Positions 28,364-38,026 of a DNA stretch of 64,000 nt are shown here, piece by piece; positions within the stretch are counted from its first letter, which is position 1; each line of letters starts with the position of its first letter. Source of the DNA: Candidatus Latescibacterota bacterium (GTDB taxonomy: Bacteria > Latescibacterota > UBA2968 > UBA8231). The position numbers and the translations under genes are program-made. Below the pieces are notes generated by a model that was given only the letters and a program-made list of their open reading frames with translations, did not search any database and had not been told where the DNA came from. Location of the stretch: positions 4,096,001 to 4,160,000 of the forward strand of contig OZ220089.1 in assembly GCA_964291625.2 (NCBI GenBank), written 5' to 3'.

Positions 28364-30598
28364 TCAGGCGGCCTGGGTGTTCTCGAAGCGGCTGTCGCAG
28401 ACTTTGCAGTGGAGGGAGGGCGGACCGGTGCGGCTGGCCTTCTCGTAGAGCAGGGGCGCCTCGCACTGCGGGCAGGGGCCGTCCACCGGCTTGTCCCAAC
28501 TGGCGAACTTGCACTTCGGGTAGCGGTCGCAGCCGAAGAACACTTTGCCCTTGCGCGACTGCTTCTCCACCATGTCTCCCTCCCCGCAGTCCGGGCAGGA
28601 GATGCCCAGGGAAAAGGGCTTGACGTTGTGGCAGTCGGGATACCCGGAGCAGGCGAGGAACCGGCCGTAGCGCCCCGTCTTCACGACCATGGGCTTCGAG
28701 CACTGGTCGCAGACCTCGTCGGTCTCCGCCTGCTCGCGCTGCTCTTCCAGGGGCTTCGTATTCTTGCACTGCGGGTAACCCGGGCAGGCGAGGAAGCGGC
28801 CGTTCCGGCCCCACTTGACGACCATGTTGCGTCCGCACTCCTGGCAGAGGATGTCGGTCTCTTCCTGGAGGGACTGTTTCAGCTCTCTGCGGCGCGCGTT
28901 GGCCTCCTCGAGAGATCCCTTCCACGAGCCGTAGAACTGGCGCACCGATGCGACCCAGTCCTCCCGGCCGTCCTCGATGCGGTCGAGCTCGTCTTCCATC
29001 CGCGCCGTGAAGGCCACGTCGAAGATGTTGGGGAAGGTGGCCACGAGGAGCTTGTTGACCGTCTGGCCGCGCTCGGTGGCCTCGAAGTAGCGGTTGTCCA
29101 TCTTCTCCACGTACTCCCGGTCCTGCAGGGTGGAGATGATCTGGGCGTAGGTGCTCGGCCGTCCGATGCCCTTGGCCTCCAGCTCCTTCACCAGCGACGC
29201 CTCGGAGTAGCGCGGCGGCGGCTTGGTGAAGTGCTGCTCGGGCAGCAGCTTCTTCAGGGTGAGGGTCTCGCCCTCGGTCAAGTCGGCGGGCACCTGGGTG
29301 CTCTCCTCCTCGTCCTCGTCCTCTTTGCTCTCGGTGTAGAGGACGGTGAACCCGGGGAACTTCACCTGCGACCCCGTGGCCCGCAGCAGGTAGTCGCCGG
29401 CTGCGATGTCGACGCTGATGATGTTCATCACCTGGGGCTCCATCTGGGAGGCGAGGAAGCGCTTCCAGATCAGCTCGTAGAGCCGCCATTGATCGGGGGA
29501 CAGGCGAGACTTCATCTCCTCCGGAGAGCGTTCCACCGAGGTGGGGCGGATCGCCTCGTGAGCGTCCTGGGCGCCGCGGCGGGTCTTGTAGACATTCGGC
29601 TTTGCGGGCACGTACTCCTTGCCGAAGCGCCTGCCGATATCGGCGCGCACCTCCTCGATCGCCCCGTCGGCGACGCGCACCGAGTCGGTGCGCATGTAGG
29701 TGATGAGCCCCACCGTCTCGCCCACGAGCTCGATGCCTTCGTAGAGCTGCTGGGCCACCGCCATGGTGCGCTTCACCGAGAACCTCAGCTTGCGGGCCGC
29801 CTCCTGCTGCAGGGTGCTGGTGATGAAGGGGGGCGCCGCCCGGCGCCGCTGCTCGCGGTGCTTGATCGACTTGACGGTGAAGGTCGATTCCCGCAGGGCG
29901 GCGGTAATGCGGTCGGTCGCCGTCTGGTCGGGGATCTCGAGCTTCTTCCCCTTGTACTGCAGCAGGCGCGACTTGAAGGCGACCTCGCCGTCGTCGGTGG
30001 CGTGGCCGAGGAGGGCGTCGATGGACCAGTACTCCTGGGGCTCGAAGGAGGCGATCTCGGCATCGCGCTCGCAGATCAGGCGCAGGGCGACGGACTGCAC
30101 CCGCCCGGCGGACAGCCCGGCGTGGATGACCTTCCACAGGAGGGGGCTGATCTCGTAGCCTACGAGCCGGTCGAGGACGCGCCGGGCCTGCTGGGCGTTG
30201 ACCTTGCACAGGTCGAGGACGCCGGACCTGTTGATCGACTCGCGCACCGCCTTGGGCGTGATCTCGTTGAAGAGAATCCGCTTGACCTCGCCGTCCTTGG
30301 CCGCGATTGCCTGGGCCACGTGCCAGGCGATCGCCTCGCCCTCGCGGTCGGGGTCCGTCGCCAGGTAGATCGTGTCCGCCCTCTGCGCCGCGCGCCGGAG
30401 GTCGGTGAGGATCTTTCCCTTCCCGCGGATGGTCACGTAGCGGGGCAGGAAGTCCTTGTCCACGTCGACGCCGAGCTCCTTCGGCGGCAGGTCGCGGACG
30501 TGTCCCATGCACGACTTCACGATGAAGTCGCGGCCGAGGATCTTGTTGATGGTCGTCGCCTTGGCCGGCGACTCCACGACGACGAGTGACTTACCCAT
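28364..30598 (-). CDS. topA: DNA topoisomerase I
   Basis: VVESPAKA, ATDPDREGE, SAGRVQS, ITYMRTDS, GIGRPSTY, C-terminal C4 zinc fingers. Confidence 0.98.
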   Translation of the reverse strand: MGKSLVVVESPAKATTINKILGRDFIVKSCMGHVRDLPPKELGVDVDKDFLPRYVTIRGKGKILTDLRRAAQRADTIYLATDPDREGEAIAWHVAQAIAAKDGEVKRILFNEITPKAVRESINRSGVLDLCKVNAQQARRVLDRLVGYEISPLLWKVIHAGLSAGRVQSVALRLICERDAEIASFEPQEYWSIDALLGHATDDGEVAFKSRLLQYKGKKLEIPDQTATDRITAALRESTFTVKSIKHREQRRRAAPPFITSTLQQEAARKLRFSVKRTMAVAQQLYEGIELVGETVGLITYMRTDSVRVADGAIEEVRADIGRRFGKEYVPAKPNVYKTRRGAQDAHEAIRPTSVERSPEEMKSRLSPDQWRLYELIWKRFLASQMEPQVMNIISVDIAAGDYLLRATGSQVKFPGFTVLYTESKEDEDEEESTQVPADLTEGETLTLKKLLPEQHFTKPPPRYSEASLVKELEAKGIGRPSTYAQIISTLQDREYVEKMDNRYFEATERGQTVNKLLVATFPNIFDVAFTARMEDELDRIEDGREDWVASVRQFYGSWKGSLEEANARRRELKQSLQEETDILCQECGRNMVVKWGRNGRFLACPGYPQCKNTKPLEEQREQAETDEVCDQCSKPMVVKTGRYGRFLACSGYPDCHNVKPFSLGISCPDCGEGDMVEKQSRKGKVFFGCDRYPKCKFASWDKPVDGPCPQCEAPLLYEKASRTGPPSLHCKVCDSRFENTQAA

Positions 30599-30869
30599 GG
30601 CCGGTTGTGAGATCCGCTTCGTTCGGAGGTTCGGATGAAAAAGGACGCGGCCCTGAGAGGCGGAGCCAGATGCGCCCCGCCCAGGGCCGCCGGTCTCGCA
30701 AGATAACCAGGGGCCGGGTGATCCGCAACGAAGGCCGAAGCCGTCCTCGGCGACGGGACTTGCCCGCGGCTGAGGCGGTTCCGGGCGTATTCCTTGACGA
30801 GATGGGGTCTCTCCCCGTGTTTGGTAACGCCTCGAGAATCACCCCCTTCAAACCGCCGGACGAGGGCGC

Positions 30870-31706
30870 TTGCATCGCCGCAGCCCCAGCGAAATCGACG
30901 GGATCCGCGCGGCCTGCGCCGTCGTTCACCAGGTGCAGTCGGCTGTCGAGGCCGCGGCCTCGCCCGGTGTGTCCACACTCTCTCTCGACGAGCTGGCGGA
31001 GGCCACGATCCGCGACCGAGGCGGAGAGCCGGCCTTCAAGGGCTATCACGGCTTTCCGGCGTCGATCTGCGCCTCCGTCAACGACGAGGCGGTGCACGGC
31101 CTGCCGCGCACCGAGCCCCTGGAAGAAGGGGACCTGCTGTGCGTCGACGTGGGCGTGCAGCTCGACGGGTGGTTCGGCGACGGCGCCTTCACCATCGTCC
31201 TCGGCCATGTGGACCGGCGGGTGCGAGGCCTGGTGGACACGACTCGGGCCGCCCTCGAATCGGGCGTTGCCGCCGCCCGGCCCGGGAATCGTCTGTCGGA
31301 CATCTCTCACGCCATCGAATCCGCCGCCGCGGCGGGAGGCGTCTCCGTCATTCGCGAGTTCGGCGGCCACGGCATCGGCCGTCACCTCCACGAGGATCCC
31401 CACCTGCCGAACCATGGGCCCCCGGGACGCGGCCCCCATCTGAGGGCGGGCCACGTCCTCGCCATCGAGCCGATCTTCAGCCTGGGACAACCCGGGATCG
31501 TCGTCGACGAGGACGGCTGGACCGCGCGCACGCGGGACGGTTCCTTCGCCGCCCACTTCGAGCACACCGTGGCCGTCACGGAGGACGGGCCGAGTCTGCT
31601 GACCCTGTCCCCGGGTATCGCGGACACCGCCGACTCCCGTCCGGTCTGCAAGCAACCCCCGGGAAGAGCGGAGGCCCCGCCCGAGAGGGCCGAGGACAGA
31701 GGCTGA
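30870..31706 (+). CDS. map: Methionine aminopeptidase type I
   Basis: CASVNDEAVHG, DVGV...GD, GHGIG, HEDP, AIEP, AHFEHT. Confidence 0.95.
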   Translation: MHRRSPSEIDGIRAACAVVHQVQSAVEAAASPGVSTLSLDELAEATIRDRGGEPAFKGYHGFPASICASVNDEAVHGLPRTEPLEEGDLLCVDVGVQLDGWFGDGAFTIVLGHVDRRVRGLVDTTRAALESGVAAARPGNRLSDISHAIESAAAAGGVSVIREFGGHGIGRHLHEDPHLPNHGPPGRGPHLRAGHVLAIEPIFSLGQPGIVVDEDGWTARTRDGSFAAHFEHTVAVTEDGPSLLTLSPGIADTADSRPVCKQPPGRAEAPPERAEDRG

Positions 31707-32464
31707 TGCGCGTCACCTTCCTCGGCACGGGGACCTCCGTCGGCGTGCCTCGCATCGCCTGTGAGTGCGGGGTCTGCACCTCCACCGACCCGCGCAACAA
31801 GCGCCTGCGGTGCGCCATCGCCATCGAGCATCTCGACCGGTCGATCCTGATCGACACGCCGCCCGACCTGCGCACCCAGGCGCTGCGCCACGACCTGCGG
31901 CGCGTCGACGCGGTGCTCTTCACCCACGGCCATGCCGACCACCTCCATGGCCTCGACGATGTGCGCTCCTACTGCTTCGGGCGCGACGAGCCGATCCCCG
32001 TCTACGGCGACCGCCCCACCCTCGACCGCATAACCCGCGTCTTCGACTACGCCTTCGACTCGGCCTGGGCCCAGGCGGTGCCGCGCATGTCCCTCCATCC
32101 GATCCGGGGAGCTCTCGAGTTGTTCGGCCTGCGCATCCAACCGGTGACCGTCATGCACGGGAGGCTGCCCGTGCTCGCCTTCCGCATCGGCCGCTTCGCC
32201 TACGTGACCGACTGCAACGCCATTCCCGACGAAGCGATGAGCCAGTTGCGCGGTCTCGATGTTCTCGTCCTCGGCGCCCTGCGTCACAAGGGCCATCCCA
32301 CCCACTTCACCGTGGACGAAGCCCTCGAGATCGTGGCCGAGTTGGCCCCGCGCCAGGCCTACTTCACCCACATCGCCCACGATCTCGACCACCAGGCCAC
32401 CAACGACTACCTGCCCGAGGCGGTCGAGCTCGCGTACGACGGCCTGGTCCTCGAGGTTTCCTGA
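31706..32464 (+). CDS. MBL-fold metallohydrolase (PhnP family)
   Basis: LGTGTSVGVP, CxCxxC, THGHADHLHGLDD, AYDG. Confidence 0.92.
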   Translation: MRVTFLGTGTSVGVPRIACECGVCTSTDPRNKRLRCAIAIEHLDRSILIDTPPDLRTQALRHDLRRVDAVLFTHGHADHLHGLDDVRSYCFGRDEPIPVYGDRPTLDRITRVFDYAFDSAWAQAVPRMSLHPIRGALELFGLRIQPVTVMHGRLPVLAFRIGRFAYVTDCNAIPDEAMSQLRGLDVLVLGALRHKGHPTHFTVDEALEIVAELAPRQAYFTHIAHDLDHQATNDYLPEAVELAYDGLVLEVS

Positions 32465-32549
32465 GAACGACAACGGCACCGCCACTCGGGTGACGGTGCC
32501 GCGCCGGCGATCGAGTCCCATCCGGCTCGCGTTCACAAGGGATTGCGGT

Positions 32550-34934
32550 TCAGCACTTCGACCACCCGCAGTGCTTGCAGGTCAGACAACTGGCCTCGTG
32601 GGAGACGGTGGAGCCGCACTCGGGGCAGGTGGCCACGCTCGCCAGGGCTCCCGGAACCCGCTCGGCGGCCCGGGAGCCTCCCTGCACGGGGTGGGGGATG
32701 TCGCTGCCGTCCCGGTGCAGGTACCGCTCCAGGGCCCGGCCGATGGCGTCCGGCGTGGACAGGATCAGCTCGCCGTTCTCCCACACCGGGTTCGGCCCGG
32801 AGATCCCCTTGAGCTGACCGATGATCTCCTGCGGATCGATGCCCGAGCGCAGGGCGATGGAGATCAACCGGCTGATCGCCTCCGACTGGGCCGCCGCATT
32901 GCCGCCCGCTTTCCCTATGGTGCTGAAGATCTCGCAGATCCCCTGCTCGTCCTCGTTGATCGTGACGAAGATGTTGCCTTCGCCGGTGCTCACCCGTTCG
33001 GTGACGCCGCGGGTGACCGCCGGCCTGCGGCGCGGATGCGCGCCCACTCCGCCGGCGGCTTCCTCCGCCGCCTCCGGACCATCCGCCGCCTCCGAGGGAT
33101 CCTCTTCCCTCTTCTCCGTCTGCAGGATCCCCTGCCGGCAGCCCTCGCGGTACACCGTGACGCCCTTGAGGCCTTCCTTGTAGGCGGTGACGTAGATGTC
33201 GGCCACCGTCTCCACCGAGGTTTCCTCGGCCAGGTTGATCGTCGACGAGATCGAGCTGTCGGTGTAGCGCTGGATCACGCCCTGCATGCGGACTCGGAAG
33301 TAGGGGTCGATGTCGTGGGCCGTCACCACGTGTCCGGGCAGGTTCTCGTCGTCGCCGAAGAGGTCACGCACGAGGGGATGGTAGACCTTGTACTCGCGGA
33401 AGCTCTCGCCGTCCTCCTGCTTCACGCGCCGCTTGTAGCTGGTGCAGAAGATCGGCTCCACGCCGGACGACGTCTGGGCGACGATCGATCCGGTCCCCAC
33501 CGGCGGCACCGTGATCAGGGTGGAGTTGCGCAGCCCGTGCTCGCGGATGCGGTCCTGCATCGCCCTCGGCAGGTCCCGCACGAACCGGCTCCGGGACACG
33601 CCTTCCCAATCGAAGAGCGGGAAGGGTCCCTTCTCCCGGGCGATGTCGATCGACGTCTCGTAGGCGCAGTGGCAGATGGTGCGCATGATCTTCTCGACCG
33701 CCTCGAGAGCCTCGTCGGAGTCGTACTTGAGCCCCATCAGCACCAGGGCGTCGGCCAGACCCGTGATGCCCAGCCCCACGCGCCGGTCGGAGGCCACCGC
33801 CTCCTCGATCTTCGGGAGGGCGTGGTTGGGCATGTTGTAGTCGATGACGTTGTCGAGGAACCGCGTCGCCACCCGGGCCGCCTCGGCCAGGTCCTCGTAA
33901 TCGATGAGGCCGTCCTGGCCGACGAACTTCGCGAGGTTGAGGTTGCCGAGGTTGCAGGCCGTGTACGAGGCCAGGGGCTGTTCACCGCAGGGATTGGTGC
34001 TCACCAGCGGGTTGGCGTACTCGACGTTGTGACATTCCCGCATCGTGTCCCAGAAGATGATCCCGGGCTCGGCGCTGGCGTGGGCGTTGGTGATGATCCG
34101 GCTCCACAGGTCCCGGGCCCTCAGCGTCCGGTAGACCTTGCCGCCCCAGCGCAGGTCGAAGTCGGTGTCGTCGATGACGGCCTGCATGAACTCGTGGGTG
34201 ATGAGCACGCTGATGTTGGCGTACTGCACCTTGGTGCGGTTGGCGTCGTTCTTGATCGTGATGAAGTCGAGGATGTCGGGATGGTCGACGCGCAGGGTGA
34301 GCATCAGCGCCCCCCGGCGACCGGCCTGGGAGACGGCGTTGGTGCTCTCCGACAGGAGGTTCATGAAGGCCGTGCACCCCGGCGACTGGTCGACGGTGGC
34401 GTTCACCGGCGCCCCCTTGGGCCGCAGGACCGAGAGATCCGTGCCGACGCCGCCTCCGGTGCGGTAGACGAGGGCCGACTCCTTGAGGCAGGTGTAGATG
34501 CCCTCGAGGCTGTCCTCCTGAATGGGGATGACGTAGCAGTTCGACAGGGTCGGCTTGCGCCGGGCCTCGTCGCGGCCGGCGCCGTGCATCACCCGTCCTC
34601 CGGGGATGAACTTGAAGTCGATCAGCAGCGAGAAGAAGCGGTCGTACCAGGCCTGGGAATCGGCCTCGACAGAGGCCATGGCCCGGGCGACGCGGTCCCA
34701 TATCTGCAGCGGCCCGGTCTCGCCCGGCGCCAGGTACTTGGAGCGCAGCACGTCGATGGCCAGGTCGTTGTCGCCGTAATAGGTGTGGGCGTCGGCGGCG
34801 CGCTGCAGGACCTCGTCGTGGCCGTTGCGCTGGTACCCGTGCCCTTCGAGCTGGGCAAGGAGGTCTTCCAGGCGGTGGACACCCGTCGGTGCGTCGGAGG
34901 CGCCGGGATCAGCTGCGGAGTGCTCGGTGGACAT
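32550..34934 (-). CDS. nrdJ: Class II (adenosylcobalamin-dependent) ribonucleotide reductase with TSCPD domain and C-terminal Zn ribbon
   Basis: LSNCY, GGGVG, RRGA, TNPCGEQ, CNLG, PVGT, KGVTVYR, CPEC...CKHCGWSKC. Confidence 0.95.
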   Translation of the reverse strand: MSTEHSAADPGASDAPTGVHRLEDLLAQLEGHGYQRNGHDEVLQRAADAHTYYGDNDLAIDVLRSKYLAPGETGPLQIWDRVARAMASVEADSQAWYDRFFSLLIDFKFIPGGRVMHGAGRDEARRKPTLSNCYVIPIQEDSLEGIYTCLKESALVYRTGGGVGTDLSVLRPKGAPVNATVDQSPGCTAFMNLLSESTNAVSQAGRRGALMLTLRVDHPDILDFITIKNDANRTKVQYANISVLITHEFMQAVIDDTDFDLRWGGKVYRTLRARDLWSRIITNAHASAEPGIIFWDTMRECHNVEYANPLVSTNPCGEQPLASYTACNLGNLNLAKFVGQDGLIDYEDLAEAARVATRFLDNVIDYNMPNHALPKIEEAVASDRRVGLGITGLADALVLMGLKYDSDEALEAVEKIMRTICHCAYETSIDIAREKGPFPLFDWEGVSRSRFVRDLPRAMQDRIREHGLRNSTLITVPPVGTGSIVAQTSSGVEPIFCTSYKRRVKQEDGESFREYKVYHPLVRDLFGDDENLPGHVVTAHDIDPYFRVRMQGVIQRYTDSSISSTINLAEETSVETVADIYVTAYKEGLKGVTVYREGCRQGILQTEKREEDPSEAADGPEAAEEAAGGVGAHPRRRPAVTRGVTERVSTGEGNIFVTINEDEQGICEIFSTIGKAGGNAAAQSEAISRLISIALRSGIDPQEIIGQLKGISGPNPVWENGELILSTPDAIGRALERYLHRDGSDIPHPVQGGSRAAERVPGALASVATCPECGSTVSHEASCLTCKHCGWSKC

Positions 34935-35071
34935 GCTCGAAGTCTCCCTGGGGGAACGACAAAGAGCCCCTGCTGCCGCGCCGGTGCGGGAGGGGACGGC
35001 AGAGCTGGGAGCTAACTATCGTGTTTACAGGACGTTACTTCGGGGAGGGCGAAAGGTTGTCGGCAACTCGG

Positions 35072-35153
35072 CCACATGATCTGGAGGTCTGTTCGGTCAC
35101 CCTGTACACAAGATGTTGTGGCTCGAAGCTTCAACGCGGCCAATATACAGGCC
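35072..35153. promoter_or_regulatory. Tandem NrdR boxes upstream of nrdJ
   Basis: ACACAAGATGTTGTGG 35106-35121 (best), GGCCAATATACAGGCC 35138-35153, CCACATGATCTGGAGG 35072-35087; resemble acaCwAtATaTwGtgt, spaced 32-34 bp. Confidence 0.75.
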
Positions 35154-35171
35154 TCGATTCCGGCTTGTCAA
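35142..35171 (-). promoter_or_regulatory. Sigma70 promoter of nrdJ
   Basis: TTGACA-18 nt-TATATT on the minus strand; the -10 overlaps an NrdR box. Confidence 0.65.
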
Positions 35172-35220
35172 GGTTTTTCGCGGCGTCGGAAAGGGCCGCG
35201 GAAGGCGCCGCCGGGAGGGC

Positions 35221-35670
35221 TCAGGTGGAGAGCTGCTCGAGTTCCCTGACAAAATCCTGCCGGTCCTTGAACTGGCGGTACACCGAGGCGAACCGAACGT
35301 ACGCCACGTCGTGGAGGTCCTTCAGCCGTTCCATCACCAGCTCACCGATCTGCTTGCTCGGGACCTCTCTCTCGGCGCGGTTGCCCAGCTCGGACTCCAC
35401 CTGGTCCATCAGCTCTTCGATGCGATCGCTCGATACGCTCGTCTTGTAGCAGGCCAGCTCGATCTTGGCCTGCAGCTTGGAGCGGTCGAAGGGCTCCCGC
35501 GTTCCGTCCCGCTTGATGACGGTGAGGGGTGCATGCTCGATGTACTCGTACGTGGTGAACCGCTGGTTGCAGCGCGTGCACTCACGGCGCCGGCGGATCG
35601 CCTGGCCGTCGCGGCAGGAGCGCGAGTCGACGACGCGGTCGTCCTCGGTACTGCAGAAGGGACAACGCAT
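35221..35670 (-). CDS. nrdR: Transcriptional repressor NrdR
   Basis: MRCPFC, RRRREC..C..RFTTYE, ATP cone, VAYVRFASVYRQF. Confidence 0.97.
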   Translation of the reverse strand: MRCPFCSTEDDRVVDSRSCRDGQAIRRRRECTRCNQRFTTYEYIEHAPLTVIKRDGTREPFDRSKLQAKIELACYKTSVSSDRIEELMDQVESELGNRAEREVPSKQIGELVMERLKDLHDVAYVRFASVYRQFKDRQDFVRELEQLST

Positions 35671-35833
35671 GGAGCCCGACCTCCCGGCGAACCCCGGAGG
35701 ACGGGGTTCGTGGCCGCGGGGAGAGGGTGGGGGGGATGGGGGGGAGCTGGAATCGCTGGCCGCAGCCGGTCCGCGGCCCCTGGCGAGTCTCTCCTAATCT
35801 AAGGTGGACGCCTGCAGTCCTGGCAACCGGCGC

Positions 35834-36517
35834 CTACTGCAACTGAAACTTGTAGGTGAGGGCTACCCAGACCTTCACGGGCTTGTCGTTCTGGATCGCC
35901 GGGGTGAAGGTGGTGGCCAGGGCGGCCTTGCGCGCGGCCTCGTGGAAGACCTCGTTGCCGTGGATCTCGCCCACCTTCTCCACCTTGCCCTCGCGATCGA
36001 CCAGAACCTGGATGGTGATGTTCCCGGTAATCCCCGCCCGGCGGGCGATCTCGGGGAACACCGGCCGCGGGTCGTTCTTCCTCTTGGGCGGTTTCTCCAC
36101 CCTCCAGTACTCGACGATCTCCTCCTCCTCCTCCTCCAGGGCGACCTCGGTGGTCTGTTGCAGCTCCTCGAGGGGCGGCGGCGGGGCCAGGTCATCGAGA
36201 CCGAAGTCGAGATCGGTCTCCATGATCGTGGCGTCCTCGGGGATCTCCTCGTTGGTGGAGGCGATGGGCACCACCGGCCGCGGCGGCGGCGGCGGCCGGC
36301 GCTCCTGGCGGGTCTCGGGGATCTCCTCCAGCTGGATGATCACCGGCTCCTGGGGCTTGGCGTAGGCCGAGGCCTCGAAGCTCGGCCAGAACAGGATCAC
36401 CAGCACCAGGGCGAGGGAGGAGGCGCCGAAGCAGGCCCAGAAGGTCTTGCGGTACTCCAGGCGCAGGTCGGCCTCGGGGGCCTTCGTGCGCACCATGTCG
36501 GCCGTCCGTCTCAGCAT
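35834..36517 (-). CDS. tonB: Energy transducer TonB
   Basis: N-terminal TM, Pro-rich linker, FPEIARRAGITG, FTPAIQNDKPVKVW. Confidence 0.92.
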   Translation of the reverse strand: MLRRTADMVRTKAPEADLRLEYRKTFWACFGASSLALVLVILFWPSFEASAYAKPQEPVIIQLEEIPETRQERRPPPPPRPVVPIASTNEEIPEDATIMETDLDFGLDDLAPPPPLEELQQTTEVALEEEEEEIVEYWRVEKPPKRKNDPRPVFPEIARRAGITGNITIQVLVDREGKVEKVGEIHGNEVFHEAARKAALATTFTPAIQNDKPVKVWVALTYKFQLQ

Positions 36518-36520
36518 TTG

Positions 36521-36952
36521 TCAGCCTCCTGCCGGCAGGGCGGCTTCGCGCTCGCGGTCGGTGGCGAAGTTCACGCGCAGGGCCTCGACCCTGCGCAGCT
36601 CCTGCAGCACGTCGGAGATGGTGCCGAATTCCGCCTGGCCGTCCCCCTTGATCGAGATGATCAGACGGGGGTTGGCGACCAGCTTGGCGTGGATCAGGGG
36701 ACCTACCTCCTGCAGGGGGACCGTCTTGTCGTCGATGTTGACGGCGCCGTTGGCGCCGATCCAGATGCTGGTCACGTGGCGGCGCATCTCCAGCTTCTCG
36801 ACCCGCTCGGCGTCGGGCAGGGTGACGGGGATGCCGCGAAAACGGATGAACACCGTGGAAACCATGAAGAACACGAGGAGCAGGAAGGCGATGTCCGCCA
36901 TCGACGCCGTGGGGACAGCGGCTCCCACCCGGGACTTGCGGGTGAATCTCAT
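36521..36952 (-). CDS. exbD: Biopolymer transporter ExbD
   Basis: PTASMADIAFLLLVFFMV, IKGD. Confidence 0.92.
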   Translation of the reverse strand: MRFTRKSRVGAAVPTASMADIAFLLLVFFMVSTVFIRFRGIPVTLPDAERVEKLEMRRHVTSIWIGANGAVNIDDKTVPLQEVGPLIHAKLVANPRLIISIKGDGQAEFGTISDVLQELRRVEALRVNFATDREREAALPAGG

Positions 36953-36958
36953 GGGGCC

Positions 36959-37378
36959 TCAGCCTCCCTCCGGCTCGGCGATCGAGATCCGCGTGGCGCC
37001 GGCGAGCTTCAGCTCGTCGAGGACGTCGACGAACATGCGGTAGCTGGCCTGGCGCTGGGCCTTCAGAGAGACGATCAGCTTCTCGTTGGCCGCCAGCCGG
37101 CGCTGGATGTCGGCGCGCAGGTCGGAGAAGGCGATCTCCGTGAGCTCGGAGTCCTCGAAGAAGGCGATACGGTCCTCGTCGTTGATCCACACGTTGCAGA
37201 TGTTCTTTTCCCTGACCTCCAGGGTCTCGGCGATCGGGGGCAGGTGCAGGGACAGCCCCTTGTCCTGGTTCATCGTCGTCGTCACCAGAAAGAACACGAT
37301 GAGCAGGAAGGCGATGTCCGCCATGGAGGAGGTGGGGATCTCGGGCAGCACCCGGTTCCCGCGCTTGCGCAGGTTCAC
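36959..37378 (-). CDS. exbD: Biopolymer transporter ExbD (second paralog)
   Basis: GTG start overlapping the exbB stop; PTSSMADIAFLLIVFFLV. Confidence 0.9.
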   Translation of the reverse strand: MNLRKRGNRVLPEIPTSSMADIAFLLIVFFLVTTTMNQDKGLSLHLPPIAETLEVREKNICNVWINDEDRIAFFEDSELTEIAFSDLRADIQRRLAANEKLIVSLKAQRQASYRMFVDVLDELKLAGATRISIAEPEGG

Positions 37379-37995
37379 GTGTTGTCCTTCAGCTCGATTT
37401 CGATGAGCACGTCGATCAAGCCGGCCGTGTGCTCCTGCATGTCGGCGATGATCCTGTCGATGCGCGAGGCGAAGAAGTTGTAGCAGAACTGGATCAGGAT
37501 GCCGACGATCAGGCCGGAGGCGGTGGTGATGAGGGCTTCCGAGATGCCGCCGGCCACCAGGGAGGGCTCCACGTCGCCGGCGACCTTGATCGCCTGGAAG
37601 GCGCCGATCATGCCGCTCACCGTCCCGAGGAAGCCGACCATGGGCGCCAGGTTGGCCACCGTGGACAGCCAGATCATGCCGCGCTCGAGAAAAGCCATCT
37701 CCACGGCGCCGGCGTTCTCGATCGCCTTCTCGACGTTGTCGATGCCCCGATCGAGGCGCAGCAGGCCGGCGTGGATGACGCTGGCCACCGGACCGCGGGT
37801 ATCGGCACACAGCTGAGCGGCTTGCGCGGCCCCGCCGGACCGAATCGCCTCTTCCAGCTGCTCGAAGAAGCCCTTGGCGTCGATGGCGGCGCGCGAGAGG
37901 GTGATGAGCCGCTCGGCGGCGATGGCCAGGCCGAGGGCCAGGAGAAAGGCCAGGGGCCACATCGCCCAGCCGCCGTCGACAAATAGTTGAAGCAT
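37375..37995 (-). CDS. exbB: MotA/TolQ/ExbB proton channel
   Basis: APMVGFLGTVSGMI, GISEALITTASGL. Confidence 0.93.
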   Translation of the reverse strand: MLQLFVDGGWAMWPLAFLLALGLAIAAERLITLSRAAIDAKGFFEQLEEAIRSGGAAQAAQLCADTRGPVASVIHAGLLRLDRGIDNVEKAIENAGAVEMAFLERGMIWLSTVANLAPMVGFLGTVSGMIGAFQAIKVAGDVEPSLVAGGISEALITTASGLIVGILIQFCYNFFASRIDRIIADMQEHTAGLIDVLIEIELKDNT

Positions 37996-38026
37996 GGAGG
38001 AACCTCTTTCTCGGGTTGGGGGTTCG

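Noticed and set aside
32550-34934. Intein or intron in the RNR
   Set aside because: Motifs are contiguous and the length is normal
34935-35070. Cobalamin riboswitch upstream of nrdJ
   Set aside because: No B12-box recognised; regulation is explained by the NrdR boxes
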